Virus record (IMG/VR): IMGVR_UViG_2654587996_000001
Coordinates: 1-36,538 of that record
DNA length: 36,538 nt
Strand: one strand, 5' to 3'
Source of the DNA: a virus
Taxonomy: Duplodnaviria > Heunggongvirae > Uroviricota > Caudoviricetes
The notes under the pieces were generated by a model. The model had not been told where the DNA came from, did not search any database, and saw nothing but the letters and a program-made list of their open reading frames with translations. This document shows, piece by piece, positions 18,379 through 27,999 of the stretch. Both the position numbers and the translations under genes were made by a program. Each line of letters opens with the position of its first letter. Position 1 is the stretch's first letter.

Positions 18379-19511
18379 TATTGCATTTCCTCTTTCATTT
18401 TCAGGAACTCGGCTTCGGTTTTACCCAGCAGATGGGCGGCGGCGATATCTTCAGCCGACAGCACAGCGGTGGCGGTCTTTTTATCCGGCACGGTCACGGT
18501 GTCAGTCTGAAGGCCGGTCAGGGCCGCAACCGGCTGACGGGCGTCAAGCTGAGCTGAGAGAGCCGCCACGCCAATCTGCTGGCCGAGTCCTTCCATATAT
18601 CCACGTTCGCTTTTGAAGATGCGCCCTTCGGATTCGGCCTTGTCCAGCAGCTGCTCCAGCGTGGTGCTGCCATGCTGTGCCGACAGCGCGACATATTCGG
18701 TACGCAGGGCGTTATACGTCTCAACGGGCACATATTTCGTCAGATCGATAGTGCCGCCAGCCGGTGTGCCTTTTGCGGTTTCCAGCTCTGCCGACAGGCT
18801 GGCAACCTGCGTTTTCAGGGTGTCGTGCGCATCCGCACGGTTTTTGATCCCGGTAAGGGCAGACAGCGCCGCCGTGCCCAGTTCCGGTGTAAATTCGTCA
18901 CCGTCAGCCACGGTCAGACCGAGCGCCGTCAGCAACTGGCGTAATTGCTCATTCATGGGGGATTGCTCCTGAGAAGGGGAAACGACATAGAGATCGTCAG
19001 CACTGAGTGCCGCGACAGGGTTCATACCCGTAATACCCGGATCATTCGTCAGGGAAGCCATGCGCAAAAGGTAGGGTTCCCCGGTGTCAGCGAAATAATG
19101 CATATATGCAGACAGATAGGCATATTCACGGTCATCAATATGTTTTTGTGCCTGTGGCGTCCATTCAGGTTTAATGAAAATCCCCTGACCCTCACGCCAT
19201 TCGATGTTTTCCGGCTTAACCCATCCTGCGGCAATAGCCTTGAATCCGTTTTTCTTCGCATTCACGGAGTGGTGGTCATAATCAATCAGTAACGGCTGAT
19301 GCAGGGCGAAAAGCCCGGCTTTCATCCGGTTACAGGCGGATTCGTTAATCAGCCAGCCTTCAGCCGGTTTTTCCGGGCGACCGTCACGGGCCTTTACCCT
19401 GCCTGCTGGCAGTAACTGACACCATCCGTCGCCGGATGCAGTCAGCGAAGCTGAAAGCACGGCTAAACCGGAGGGGCGATTTGCGTCTTTTGGGGGATTT
19501 TCTGTCTTCAT
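18378..19511 (-). CDS. Head protease / scaffold protein, Mu I-like
   Basis: 377 aa, syntenic position upstream of the major head gene. Confidence 0.65.
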   Translation of the reverse strand: MKTENPPKDANRPSGLAVLSASLTASGDGWCQLLPAGRVKARDGRPEKPAEGWLINESACNRMKAGLFALHQPLLIDYDHHSVNAKKNGFKAIAAGWVKPENIEWREGQGIFIKPEWTPQAQKHIDDREYAYLSAYMHYFADTGEPYLLRMASLTNDPGITGMNPVAALSADDLYVVSPSQEQSPMNEQLRQLLTALGLTVADGDEFTPELGTAALSALTGIKNRADAHDTLKTQVASLSAELETAKGTPAGGTIDLTKYVPVETYNALRTEYVALSAQHGSTTLEQLLDKAESEGRIFKSERGYMEGLGQQIGVAALSAQLDARQPVAALTGLQTDTVTVPDKKTATAVLSAEDIAAAHLLGKTEAEFLKMKEEMQ

Positions 19512-19573
19512 ACCGGCAGCATAAGCCGGGTATTTTTGGGGCTGGTTTTGCGGGACTTCAGAAAGTGCTGACA

Positions 19574-19582
19574 GGGGGGGGG
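19574..19582. repeat. Homopolymeric G9 tract (C9 on the coding strand) in the G-I intergenic region
   Basis: Read directly; about 65 nt upstream of the gene I start. Confidence 0.9.
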
Positions 19583-19688
19583 TGAGAAAGGCGCTTCACG
19601 CAGATTTTAAAGCCCGTTAAATACAGGTTAGAAAATCACGACACGCGCCTGAAGGGGGTAAGGTAATACGTTTGCATACCTTAAACCA

Positions 19689-20162
19689 TTACGGCGTTTC
19701 TGTGGCCTTTTTAAAGCGTTTTCTGATTTCGTCCATGATCTCCTGTTCTGCCACCTGATCAAAGCCCATATACGGACGTGCGCCAATGGCCGCCGGTCCC
19801 GGTGGCATACCGGGCAGGCCACCCCACTGATGAATGGCCGCATAAGGCTCATTTGACCCAATCAGCGCCCAGGTGTCGCCATAATCCGTGGTCAGGCGTC
19901 GGGCCAGATCGCCGTTCAGCGTCAGGATTTTGCCGGGCGTGTATCCCTTACGGGTACGCCACTTGCGGTAAGGATCTGACCAGTCATGCCAGCGTTCGCC
20001 GTCCGGCTCTTTTTCCTGTTCAAACGCCATTTCTGACGATGACAACAGGCTGGACGCCACACTGCGGGCCAGGTCTTTTCCGCTGCCCACAAACTGAAGC
20101 CGGGCAAAGACCCGCTGGAGACGCGTAACGTCCACCACGACAGCTGCATCAATGGATGACAT
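19689..20162 (-). CDS. Virion morphogenesis protein, Mu G-like
   Basis: 157 aa, position between F-like and I-like genes. Confidence 0.6.
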   Translation of the reverse strand: MSSIDAAVVVDVTRLQRVFARLQFVGSGKDLARSVASSLLSSSEMAFEQEKEPDGERWHDWSDPYRKWRTRKGYTPGKILTLNGDLARRLTTDYGDTWALIGSNEPYAAIHQWGGLPGMPPGPAAIGARPYMGFDQVAEQEIMDEIRKRFKKATETP

Positions 20163-20203
20163 ATTGCCTCCGCATAAAGGATGAATATAAAATAAACAGG
20201 CGG

Positions 20204-20283
20204 TCAGTGTACGCTTAACTGGTAAAGTCGGTGCCTGCCTCCGGGTGGATCATGTATGCGGGTTCGACCCCCGCCACTGACCG
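20204..20283 (+). other. tRNA-like element: canonical T-arm plus a 7-bp acceptor-like helix; no complete cloverleaf
   Basis: GCGGG-TTCGACC-CCCGC at 20259-20275 matches the tRNA T-stem and T-loop pattern; GTCAGTG (20204-20210) pairs with CACTGAC (20276-20282). D arm and anticodon arm could not be folded by hand. Confidence 0.3.
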
Positions 20284-21615
20284 TTAATCAATTTGTCCTT
20301 CCAGCACCTCAAGCATTCCGCCCCGGATATCCGATTTCAGCTTATCCATATTGATAACCCGGTAAGCATTCACAATCACATCCAGTTTGTCGGGCTGACG
20401 TTTCAGACTGTACGGTGCATTAACGGCAATCTGCACACTGCCATCCTGGTTTTCCACGATATACATCAGATTGTTGTGCCGTTTGTCCCACAGTACCGCT
20501 TTTGGCTTTGCCAGCATTGCCGGTAAGCGCCCGAAATCCTCCGGCGTCAGGGCGATGCCGTCATTCTGATGCTTCACGCTGTCCGCATGGAGCACATTTT
20601 TACCGCTCATCGCCAGCAGGCGGGCCGGAGGTGTTCCCGTCCGGCTTTCCACCGCCTGCGCAATACTTTCGGTCATAAAGCCCAGCGTACGGATATCGTG
20701 ACCACCGCGCCGGGTCTTCATGATATTTTTTGCCCAGATGCGGAACGCCAGCTGCCGCTCCGGGCTGTTATTCATCTCCTGAACCACCATTTCCCGCAGC
20801 GCCGGACTTTTCACTTCGATCAGTTTGCGGATCAGCGCCTGGTCTGTGCCGAACGCCGCCGAGCCGGGGTTATATGACCAGCCCACATCCGGTGTCATGG
20901 TTCGCGTGCCATCTGAATATGTGGTCACCGGCATTTCTCTGACTTCTCCGGTCTGTTTATCCACGCCAGCCTCAACATTGCGGGTGGAGAGATGATCCTG
21001 ACCGGATGAAACAGACAGCCCCATCGTATCCAGGCGGACCTGAGACAATGGCCGGACACGGCAGCGGCAGTTCCAGCCATTGGGCGGGTAGTGTGTATTC
21101 CAGAACGGATCGTCATAGCGGAATACCAGCCCGTTAAGGGCTGAATGCGCCGGGCGGGTGCGGCTGTCCATCACCGCCACATACTGCCAGAACGGATGCG
21201 TGTCCGTGTTGTTCATCATCTGCGTGTAACGCCCGGCATTGTAAGCCACGCGGGTGTTCACGTTGTAAATCAGCGCCAGACGGCGGGGACTGCCCAGCTG
21301 CACTTCTTCCGCGTTACCGGCGCTGTCCACCACAATCTGCTTTCCCCACCATCCCAGCTTTTGCAGGCGGGGTGTCAGCGTGCGGATAAATTCTTTCTGT
21401 GAAATTCCCTCATCAATGGCACGCTGCACTTCGGCCTGTAACGTGGTCAGCACGTCCAGGCGTGCCGCTTTTGCGGCCGTGAATGAGCGGGCATGAACAT
21501 CCGCGTTTGTTTCGAACCAGTTCCAGCTGATATGCGCCCCTTTGGCGCGAAAGTATGCCACCGCCTCTTTTGAGGGAAGCGTGGCGGCATAACCTAAATC
21601 AATCCCCTGTGTCAT
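20284..21615 (-). CDS. Head morphogenesis protein, Mu F-like
   Basis: 443 aa directly downstream of the portal gene. Confidence 0.65.
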   Translation of the reverse strand: MTQGIDLGYAATLPSKEAVAYFRAKGAHISWNWFETNADVHARSFTAAKAARLDVLTTLQAEVQRAIDEGISQKEFIRTLTPRLQKLGWWGKQIVVDSAGNAEEVQLGSPRRLALIYNVNTRVAYNAGRYTQMMNNTDTHPFWQYVAVMDSRTRPAHSALNGLVFRYDDPFWNTHYPPNGWNCRCRVRPLSQVRLDTMGLSVSSGQDHLSTRNVEAGVDKQTGEVREMPVTTYSDGTRTMTPDVGWSYNPGSAAFGTDQALIRKLIEVKSPALREMVVQEMNNSPERQLAFRIWAKNIMKTRRGGHDIRTLGFMTESIAQAVESRTGTPPARLLAMSGKNVLHADSVKHQNDGIALTPEDFGRLPAMLAKPKAVLWDKRHNNLMYIVENQDGSVQIAVNAPYSLKRQPDKLDVIVNAYRVINMDKLKSDIRGGMLEVLEGQID

Positions 21616-23197
21616 CCAGCATCCCTTTCATTTCCGCAGCAAACATCGCATCACTGAGCAGCGTCATCAGGCGGGAATCATCCATTTCACGGTAAAGGGC
21701 GGGCAGATCTGCCAGCGCTTCCGCCAGCCCCCGCGTTCTGATGGCGTCAATGACCGGCTCCAGCACCGGGTCGATAGCCTCCTGTAACCGGCGGGCAGGC
21801 ACCGCATCGCCCATGTCGTCCAGCTCATCACGGGGGCTGCTTTTCGCTTCCGGCAGTCTGGCGGCCAGCGCCGTCTGTTCTGTCTTTTCCTGTTTTTCCT
21901 GCGGCGTTTCCCTGTCAGTCTGAGCCGGCTCATTTCCACTCTGACGGACACGGAAGATGGCTTCACCGGGCGTGAGCTGCGGAATACCGGTCTGCTCCCG
22001 TATCCAGGGATCAGAAATATCCATCCCTGTACTGAGCTGCATCACAGCACTGGTGATTTTGGTGATGTCACCCGGCTCTTTTGTCTGGAAACAGATACGC
22101 GGCAGGCGACGGATATCAATGGCGTGGGTGGTGTTCAGGGCGTACAGCGGATACACCAGATCGCGGTTCAGCGTGGCCGCCAGCTGGCGTAAATCAGAAT
22201 TTCTGATTTCCCGGCGCACCTCGTTATGCACCTCACCCAGCGAGCGCGCACCTTTGTCTCCGGCTTCCGTGGTCAGCGTGCCGCCGAGAATTGCTTTGGA
22301 GATGGAACGCTCTCCCCACGAAATCATGGTTTCAAACGGATCGGCCTGACCGTTCGCTGCCGCCTGAAACTCCAGCGACATCCCGGCCGGGATGATCCCG
22401 CCTGTACGTCGCCCGATATCCATTACCGCCCGCATCAGGGCGCTTTTCTGCTCCGGTGTTGCCCCGGACGGGTATTTCCCGACCTTCATCGGCAGGCCGT
22501 ACACCTCCAGAAATTCCGCCAGATCGCGCACGGAATAGTTTTTGAAAATGAACGGCCAGATAAGCGTCCTGACAAGCCCGGTTGCGCCGCCATAACCGGT
22601 CCGTGAACGAGACTGATGCACTATCCAGCCAAAGGGCTGAAACGCCACCCCGGCATGGCTGCCGTCACGCAGTCGCAGCTCGCTCAAATCATCCGGGTTA
22701 AGGCAGAAATGCCCGCTGTCACGCCATCGGATGGCGCGGATGATGTGCATCTTACCGAGCATCCCGTGCTCAATCTCCATGCAGGAATAGCCCTTCAGGA
22801 TGGCATCGGTGGCATCAAACAGCATGGCATCAAACCAGTCGGCGGAATGCAGATACTCGTCGAGCATTTCCGCGTCCTTCTTCTCATTCGCGCTGGCGTT
22901 CGGCGGCGGCTCAATGCTCCATGGCACGCCCTGAATGGCAAGGCGTCGCTTGCCCAGCTCCGCAAAAAGGTGGGTGTCCTTTTCTTCAATATCAGCCGCC
23001 AGATCGGACTGGGCAATCAGATCGCCACGTTCAGCCCCGCGAAGGCATTGTGCCGCCCGGTTCGGGGTGATACCCGAGGCCGGATGTTCAATATAACGGC
23101 TGGCAATCTGCGGAATATCCAGCGCGGCACTCTGCATCTCCGGGTCAAAGGAGAAAGGTTTTCCGTCAGTATCAATGATGCGTCCCACTACCAGCAC
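21599..23197 (-). CDS. Portal protein (Mu gp29/H-like)
   Basis: 532 aa downstream of the large terminase, overlapping start. Confidence 0.7.
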   Translation of the reverse strand: MLVVGRIIDTDGKPFSFDPEMQSAALDIPQIASRYIEHPASGITPNRAAQCLRGAERGDLIAQSDLAADIEEKDTHLFAELGKRRLAIQGVPWSIEPPPNASANEKKDAEMLDEYLHSADWFDAMLFDATDAILKGYSCMEIEHGMLGKMHIIRAIRWRDSGHFCLNPDDLSELRLRDGSHAGVAFQPFGWIVHQSRSRTGYGGATGLVRTLIWPFIFKNYSVRDLAEFLEVYGLPMKVGKYPSGATPEQKSALMRAVMDIGRRTGGIIPAGMSLEFQAAANGQADPFETMISWGERSISKAILGGTLTTEAGDKGARSLGEVHNEVRREIRNSDLRQLAATLNRDLVYPLYALNTTHAIDIRRLPRICFQTKEPGDITKITSAVMQLSTGMDISDPWIREQTGIPQLTPGEAIFRVRQSGNEPAQTDRETPQEKQEKTEQTALAARLPEAKSSPRDELDDMGDAVPARRLQEAIDPVLEPVIDAIRTRGLAEALADLPALYREMDDSRLMTLLSDAMFAAEMKGMLDDTGD

Positions 23198-24867
23198 CCC
23201 CGATCAAATTCATGATATGCCTCATCGTCATCACGATAACCGCCCTCCATGGCCCGCGACCGCTCCGGCAGCGCCTGACAGGCCGATTCATCCAGGATGA
23301 ACCCCTCCATGTATGAGGCCCGGTTTGCCATACAGAGCGCCACGGCAAAATCACCATGGCGGCGGGCGTTCACAGCCGTTGCGTTCTGGTCCTTCGTGCG
23401 CCCCTTGTCGATTTGCGGGACACCGTTCACCACCTTCACATGACGCAAATCATCAAGCGTGGTCTGATGGCGGGCGACGAGGATATTCTGATCTTCAAAC
23501 TCGGCTTTCAGTTTTGGCATCCACTCGCCGTACCACTTCGGCGACAACATCACGCAGTCGATGATGTCCGGGCCAAAGGCCAGCAGTGCGGCCTCTGCCA
23601 GATAGCCGCCGTTACCGGTGGCGTCGAACGCCGCACCGACCAGCGCCGGAACGCGGGTCAGGATGTACATCATCACCTGTTCCTGCTGGGCATACGGCAG
23701 GTTGCGCAGCTCCACGCGAAACACCTCGCGCTTTGCCAGGAGTTCGGTGATTTCCAGCAGCACAAAGCAGGACAGGTCACCGGTGCGGGCAAAGTCTTCC
23801 CCGAAGCTGAAGCGGGAACGGGGATTTAATTTCTCTGTAAGCGGTTTTAAATGTTCTTCACACCAGATTAAAACTTCCGATTCACGCAGCCATGCGGCAC
23901 GGCTGATGAAGTCGTCCGGGGCTTCAAACGTCAGAATCGGGATGTCACGAATCATCGCCATTTCAATAAGCGCGTGAGGAATATAGGCACCGCCGGATTT
24001 TTTCGGGATACAGCCGTATTCCTCGTCGGCGTCCTCACGGGTCGGGGCGTTTTTGTAGAGATCATCACGCCATTTCTGCTCGCTTTCCGGTGACCATTCC
24101 TGATCGGTGACGTAACAGATACGACGGTATAATCCGTCCGCAATGGCATCATCCAGGGTTATGCGGTGGACGCTGTAATCCTTGCGCCCCTCGCGGGCTT
24201 CCTGAATGTACTGATTAAACAGATTATCGACGCCGTTATGCGTGGAAATAATGCGCACGCGTGCGCCCCACATGGTAAGCGCCATTGCCGCCTTGAGAAG
24301 CTCATCCAGTGACTCGTGGAACGCGGCTTCATCAATCACCACATCTCCCTGAAGGCCGCGCAGGTTTGACGGACGGGAAGACAATGCCTGAATTTTGAAT
24401 CCACTGTTCGGAAAGCGGATCATGTAGGTCAGAATTTCTTCTTTTTTATCCCGATCCCAGAATGTCTGCTCATACACATCAGCATCTGCCAGCTGGTTAA
24501 AGGCACGGGAGAACAGCGCGCAGGCAGAAATATATTCCAGCGCCATCTCCTGCTTTGATCCCACATAAAACACATTGCGGCCACCACGACGCTTCGGTTT
24601 TGCAGCAGTAATGACGTTACGCCCGGCTTCCGCCCAGGTAAGACCGGTGCGGCGGGATTTTTCCGCGATGCAGACCTGACTTTCATCCGCAAACCAGCGG
24701 GCCTGATAATCCAGAAACACCGGCATATCACCTGGCAAATCAAGGCTGTCCGGCACATCCACGCCCAGCATGGCTTTTTCACCGGACAGATCAATTTTGC
24801 GGGGAGGTGAAAGTTTTATCAGCCCCGTATCTGGTTTAATTTTTTCTTCGCCTGTTCTTTTACTCAT
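23188..24867 (-). CDS. Terminase large subunit
   Basis: 559 aa; Walker-B-like VVIDEAAF; position before the portal gene. Confidence 0.75.
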   Translation of the reverse strand: MSKRTGEEKIKPDTGLIKLSPPRKIDLSGEKAMLGVDVPDSLDLPGDMPVFLDYQARWFADESQVCIAEKSRRTGLTWAEAGRNVITAAKPKRRGGRNVFYVGSKQEMALEYISACALFSRAFNQLADADVYEQTFWDRDKKEEILTYMIRFPNSGFKIQALSSRPSNLRGLQGDVVIDEAAFHESLDELLKAAMALTMWGARVRIISTHNGVDNLFNQYIQEAREGRKDYSVHRITLDDAIADGLYRRICYVTDQEWSPESEQKWRDDLYKNAPTREDADEEYGCIPKKSGGAYIPHALIEMAMIRDIPILTFEAPDDFISRAAWLRESEVLIWCEEHLKPLTEKLNPRSRFSFGEDFARTGDLSCFVLLEITELLAKREVFRVELRNLPYAQQEQVMMYILTRVPALVGAAFDATGNGGYLAEAALLAFGPDIIDCVMLSPKWYGEWMPKLKAEFEDQNILVARHQTTLDDLRHVKVVNGVPQIDKGRTKDQNATAVNARRHGDFAVALCMANRASYMEGFILDESACQALPERSRAMEGGYRDDDEAYHEFDRGCW

Positions 24868-24899
24868 AACTAAACCAGTCTGTTGCCATGATTCACCTC

Positions 24900-25481
24900 C
24901 TACGCCTTACCAAGCAGCATCTGCCTGATACGGAATTCTATCTGCTCGCTCATGCCATCCACGCCGCGCAGCTCATCGGTGACCGCGTTCGCCATCTCTT
25001 CAGCAAATGCGGCCCGGATTTCTTTTTCACGCTTAATGCTGCGCTCGGCGGCACTTTCCGCACGCTGTGCCGACAGGAGGATGTCCTTAATAAGGCGCAT
25101 ATCCACATCGCTGTCGCTGTTCAGGGATTCGGTGGCAGCACGCAGACGGCGGTACATCAGGGCGCGGGACATTTCCAGAATCAGTGCCGTGGTTTCACCA
25201 GTTGGCTTGTCCCCCAGTTCGGCCATCATGGCTTTTGTCTGCTCGCGCAAATCACGCAGGTTACGGGCAATCAGCTCATTACGGGAGGCTTCCCGGCTGA
25301 TGGCCGCCGGTGAAAGCTGCTGCTCTTCCGGCAGGCCTGCCTCACGGATCAGACGGTTGATTTCCTCGCGGATCTGGACCTGCGTCAGGCGTTTTTCACG
25401 CAGCATTTCCAGCAGCGGCTTACGGATGCTGTCGGGGAGCAAATCCACCTTGCGTACACGGCCACGCGTTGGCTTATCCAT
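24900..25481 (-). CDS. Terminase small subunit candidate (Mu gp27-like)
   Basis: 193 aa helical basic protein immediately upstream of the large terminase. Confidence 0.5.
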   Translation of the reverse strand: MDKPTRGRVRKVDLLPDSIRKPLLEMLREKRLTQVQIREEINRLIREAGLPEEQQLSPAAISREASRNELIARNLRDLREQTKAMMAELGDKPTGETTALILEMSRALMYRRLRAATESLNSDSDVDMRLIKDILLSAQRAESAAERSIKREKEIRAAFAEEMANAVTDELRGVDGMSEQIEFRIRQMLLGKA

Positions 25482-25483
25482 CG

Positions 25484-25774
25484 TTACCCCCTTGCGCGTG
25501 GTTTCTTCACACCCGGAACAGTGGCACGACCTTCCGCCACATCCTGACCCCGGCCGGTCAGTTCAGCGATGAAATAACCGTTAACAAGCGTGCGCTTACG
25601 CACTAGTCCCTGCTCGGCAAGCCAGGCAATGTGGGTGTGAACGGTGTCGCGGGACACACGGTGGCCGTAATCATCCAGGCAGTCCTGAAGCACGGATTCG
25701 CCCAGTTCGCCGTTGTAATCCGCCAGCGACCGCAGAATGACAAGACGCTGATCTTCAGTAATGAAATCACTCAT
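25484..25774 (-). CDS. Hypothetical protein, Mu gp26 position
   Basis: 96 aa; 4-nt overlap with the upstream gene. Confidence 0.4.
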   Translation of the reverse strand: MSDFITEDQRLVILRSLADYNGELGESVLQDCLDDYGHRVSRDTVHTHIAWLAEQGLVRKRTLVNGYFIAELTGRGQDVAEGRATVPGVKKPRARG

Positions 25775-26079
25775 TGTGTTTTTTTCCTTACAGCCTGCTC
25801 CAGCAGCAGTTCGTTCTGGTGGGAGACGGATTTCAGGGTGGCATTGGTGGCCTTAAGCTCACCGCGCAGGGTGGTGATTTCGATATTGAGTCTGTTCACC
25901 TCCTGCTGCGTGGGCAGGCCGGAAATCCGGCTCTCCACCCGCTCAACCCGGTCGGAGAGTTTTTCAAAGGCCTCGCGGGGGACAAAGGTTTTGCGCATCA
26001 GCGCCATAAAGATCCCCCCGGCCGTGGCCGTGGCCGACAGGATCGGCACGACATAATCTTTAACGATACTGACCCACAT
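25771..26079 (-). CDS. Membrane-anchored coiled-coil protein, Mu gp25 position (candidate lysis accessory/releasin)
   Basis: N-terminal hydrophobic helix VVPILSATATAGGIFMAL followed by a heptad-like helical region. Confidence 0.4.
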   Translation of the reverse strand: MWVSIVKDYVVPILSATATAGGIFMALMRKTFVPREAFEKLSDRVERVESRISGLPTQQEVNRLNIEITTLRGELKATNATLKSVSHQNELLLEQAVRKKTQ

Positions 26080-26353
26080 GACCGGCCTCCATGATGTTCT
26101 GGCAGTTCACACAACGGATGGCATCCGGCACGGCAACCAGACGGGCAGCCGGAATGTCACCCCCGCAGTCCGCGCATACACGCCTGCCTGGTGCCTCCAC
26201 CACCCGGCGCTTACGTGTCAGCCGGTCACAAAGGGCGCGTTCTGTTGCCCGCTCCATGACTGCCTGAGCACAATCTGAATCATCCATACCTTTTTCCTTA
26301 CTTCGTCTTTCCTGCCGGAACAGCAGTCGTTCCGGCCATATCAGTAAATTCAT
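26060..26353 (-). CDS. TraR/DksA-family C4 zinc-finger protein; real start probably internal, near 26287
   Basis: Motif CADCGGDIPAARLVAVPDAIRCVNCQ. Confidence 0.6.
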   Translation of the reverse strand: MNLLIWPERLLFRQERRSKEKGMDDSDCAQAVMERATERALCDRLTRKRRVVEAPGRRVCADCGGDIPAARLVAVPDAIRCVNCQNIMEAGHVGQYR

Positions 26354-26669
26354 GCTGTCGCTGTGCCTCCAGACGGCGGATGCTGGCCTTGTCCACGTTG
26401 CAGTTCTTAATCACCGCCAGCAGTTGCAGGTTGTAAGTGACCGATGCGCCAAATGTGAACGGCTGCGGCACAGGAGGGACCAGACAGTCAGCCAGCCATT
26501 CAGCGGGGATCGGCACCGGCTTCACCGGCACGTATTTCACAGACGGCCCGCCGCACCCGGTCAGCCACATCATCAGGCACAGGAACAGAGGCCGCAGGCA
26601 CCGTTGCCAGCGACCGGCGGACAATGCTCTGCTGTTCCTCGCTGTGCTGCATGTTCTGCTGTTTTTCAT
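26298..26669 (-). CDS. Outer-membrane spanin candidate (lipoprotein) embedded in the inner-membrane spanin frame
   Basis: Lipobox L-T-G-C (LCLMMWLTGCGG) after a hydrophobic segment; Pro-rich mature part; different frame overlapping ORF 26500-27000. Start uncertain. Confidence 0.5.
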   Translation of the reverse strand: MKNSRTCSTARNSRALSAGRWQRCLRPLFLCLMMWLTGCGGPSVKYVPVKPVPIPAEWLADCLVPPVPQPFTFGASVTYNLQLLAVIKNCNVDKASIRRLEAQRQHEFTDMAGTTAVPAGKTK

Positions 26670-27000
26670 TCGTGGCCGCCTTGCTGATTTGTGAAATGAG
26701 TTGCAGGATGCGTTGCTGGTTTGCCAGCACCAGACGGGCTTCGTCCCGTTCACGCACAAGCACATGATTATTGTCCTCAAGGCGCTGCGTCTTCTGGTGC
26801 ATTCCCCATACCACGGCAGCCAGCACGCTCATCACCCCCAGCGCCGCCATACAGCCTCCGGCAATCAGGGCCGGTAAGGGATTGTTCACCGCAGCCACAG
26901 CACACCCCGCAGCAGCACAACGGCACACAGCAGCGCAATCATGAGCGGTCGCCAGAAGCGGTTCAGACTTTCGGCAAATCGTAACGACATAACCATTCAT
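26500..27000 (-). CDS. Inner-membrane spanin candidate
   Basis: Transmembrane segment LPALIAGGCMAALGVMSVLAAVVWG followed by a charged helical region; overlaps the lysozyme 3' end. Start uncertain. Confidence 0.5.
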   Translation of the reverse strand: MNGYVVTICRKSEPLLATAHDCAAVCRCAAAGCAVAAVNNPLPALIAGGCMAALGVMSVLAAVVWGMHQKTQRLEDNNHVLVRERDEARLVLANQQRILQLISQISKAATNEKQQNMQHSEEQQSIVRRSLATVPAASVPVPDDVADRVRRAVCEIRAGEAGADPR

Positions 27001-27463
27001 CCGCCGAACGGCGGGCCTCAAGACCGGGGAGTTTTACCCCCTTTGAATAAATCCAGCGGATATACTGCTTACAGGACGCGGGCATCTGCCCGGCATTGAT
27101 AAGGCGCAGGAGCGTGGAGTTGCGAAAGTTCGTTTCACCGGCCTGGAAAATCCAGGAGGCCAGCGCCACCGTCTGACCACGGGTAAGCGGCACCTGAACA
27201 TGACGATCGATAGCCGCAAAGGCCCATTTCATGTCCTTTTCCAGCAGCGCCAGACATTCTTCATCAGTTTTTGTCATCCCCGGTTTCACATCCGGGCCGG
27301 TATGGCCGTAACAGATGGTGAGGGTGCCGGTGGGATCAGTGTACGTGGTGTTTTCTTTCCCTTCCCAGTAGCCGGTGTAGTGCGTGGCAATGGTGAACGT
27401 CCCGGCTCCGGCCAGAACAAGGGCAATCAGCTTTTTACGCAGGGGCGCGGGGAGTTTTGGCAT
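26963..27463 (-). CDS. SAR endolysin (T4-lysozyme-like glycoside hydrolase)
   Basis: Catalytic-region pattern YWEGKENTTYTDPTGTLTICYGHTG (Glu/Asp/Thr); N-terminal Gly/Ala-rich signal-anchor LIALVLAGAGTFTIA. Confidence 0.8.
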   Translation of the reverse strand: MPKLPAPLRKKLIALVLAGAGTFTIATHYTGYWEGKENTTYTDPTGTLTICYGHTGPDVKPGMTKTDEECLALLEKDMKWAFAAIDRHVQVPLTRGQTVALASWIFQAGETNFRNSTLLRLINAGQMPASCKQYIRWIYSKGVKLPGLEARRSADEWLCRYDLPKV

Positions 27464-27534
27464 TGTTACGCTGTCTCATGGTGTTCTCTGAGTCAGCGTA
27501 ACCGTGGAAAAAAGGGGGCAGGATTTGCGGAATA

Positions 27535-27957
27535 TCAGAAAAGCCGGGGCTGCGTGCGTTCCTGATGCAGGCGACGCTGGTTGCGGATAACGGAGTAAAT
27601 CTGCGTCTCTGACATCTGGTAGTGGCGGCGCAGGGTTTCAATTTTTTCGCCCTGGCTCCAGCGGGAAAAAATTTCATTATTGCGCAGTTCGGTGAAAAGG
27701 GATTCACCGACCGGGAGATAATAACCACGCCCGCCCATGTACCCGGCCTGTGCAGCCGCAACTTTACGGGCAAGCATTCCCGCCTGAGCAGGTTCAATCC
27801 CCTGACGGTGCAGTTCAGCACTGATCACATCAACCAGGTCCCGCAGCGTGCCGGGCCAGTTTTTTTTCAGCTCATCATCAGGAATGTCATCCAGACGGTC
27901 AATCAGCGCGTGCAGCTGTTCGCTGTCACCAAACATGCTCATCTGTGTTTCAGCCAT
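27535..27957 (-). CDS. Mor/C-family transcription activator
   Basis: 140 aa, positioned immediately upstream of the lysis gene as Mu C is; conserved C-terminal region IYSVIRNQRR. Confidence 0.65.
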   Translation of the reverse strand: MAETQMSMFGDSEQLHALIDRLDDIPDDELKKNWPGTLRDLVDVISAELHRQGIEPAQAGMLARKVAAAQAGYMGGRGYYLPVGESLFTELRNNEIFSRWSQGEKIETLRRHYQMSETQIYSVIRNQRRLHQERTQPRLF

Positions 27958-27999
27958 ACCCGCCTCCGGTCATCATTACACAAGGCAAGTTTAAAATAA

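Noticed and set aside
20204-20283. Complete functional tRNA gene
   Set aside because: Only the T arm and an acceptor-like helix can be drawn; no D arm or anticodon stem-loop with correct spacing was found by hand.
24952-25572. Plus-strand 206-aa Arg/Ser-rich ORF
   Set aside because: Antisense to the terminase small subunit candidate; composition typical of a spurious GC-rich antisense frame.
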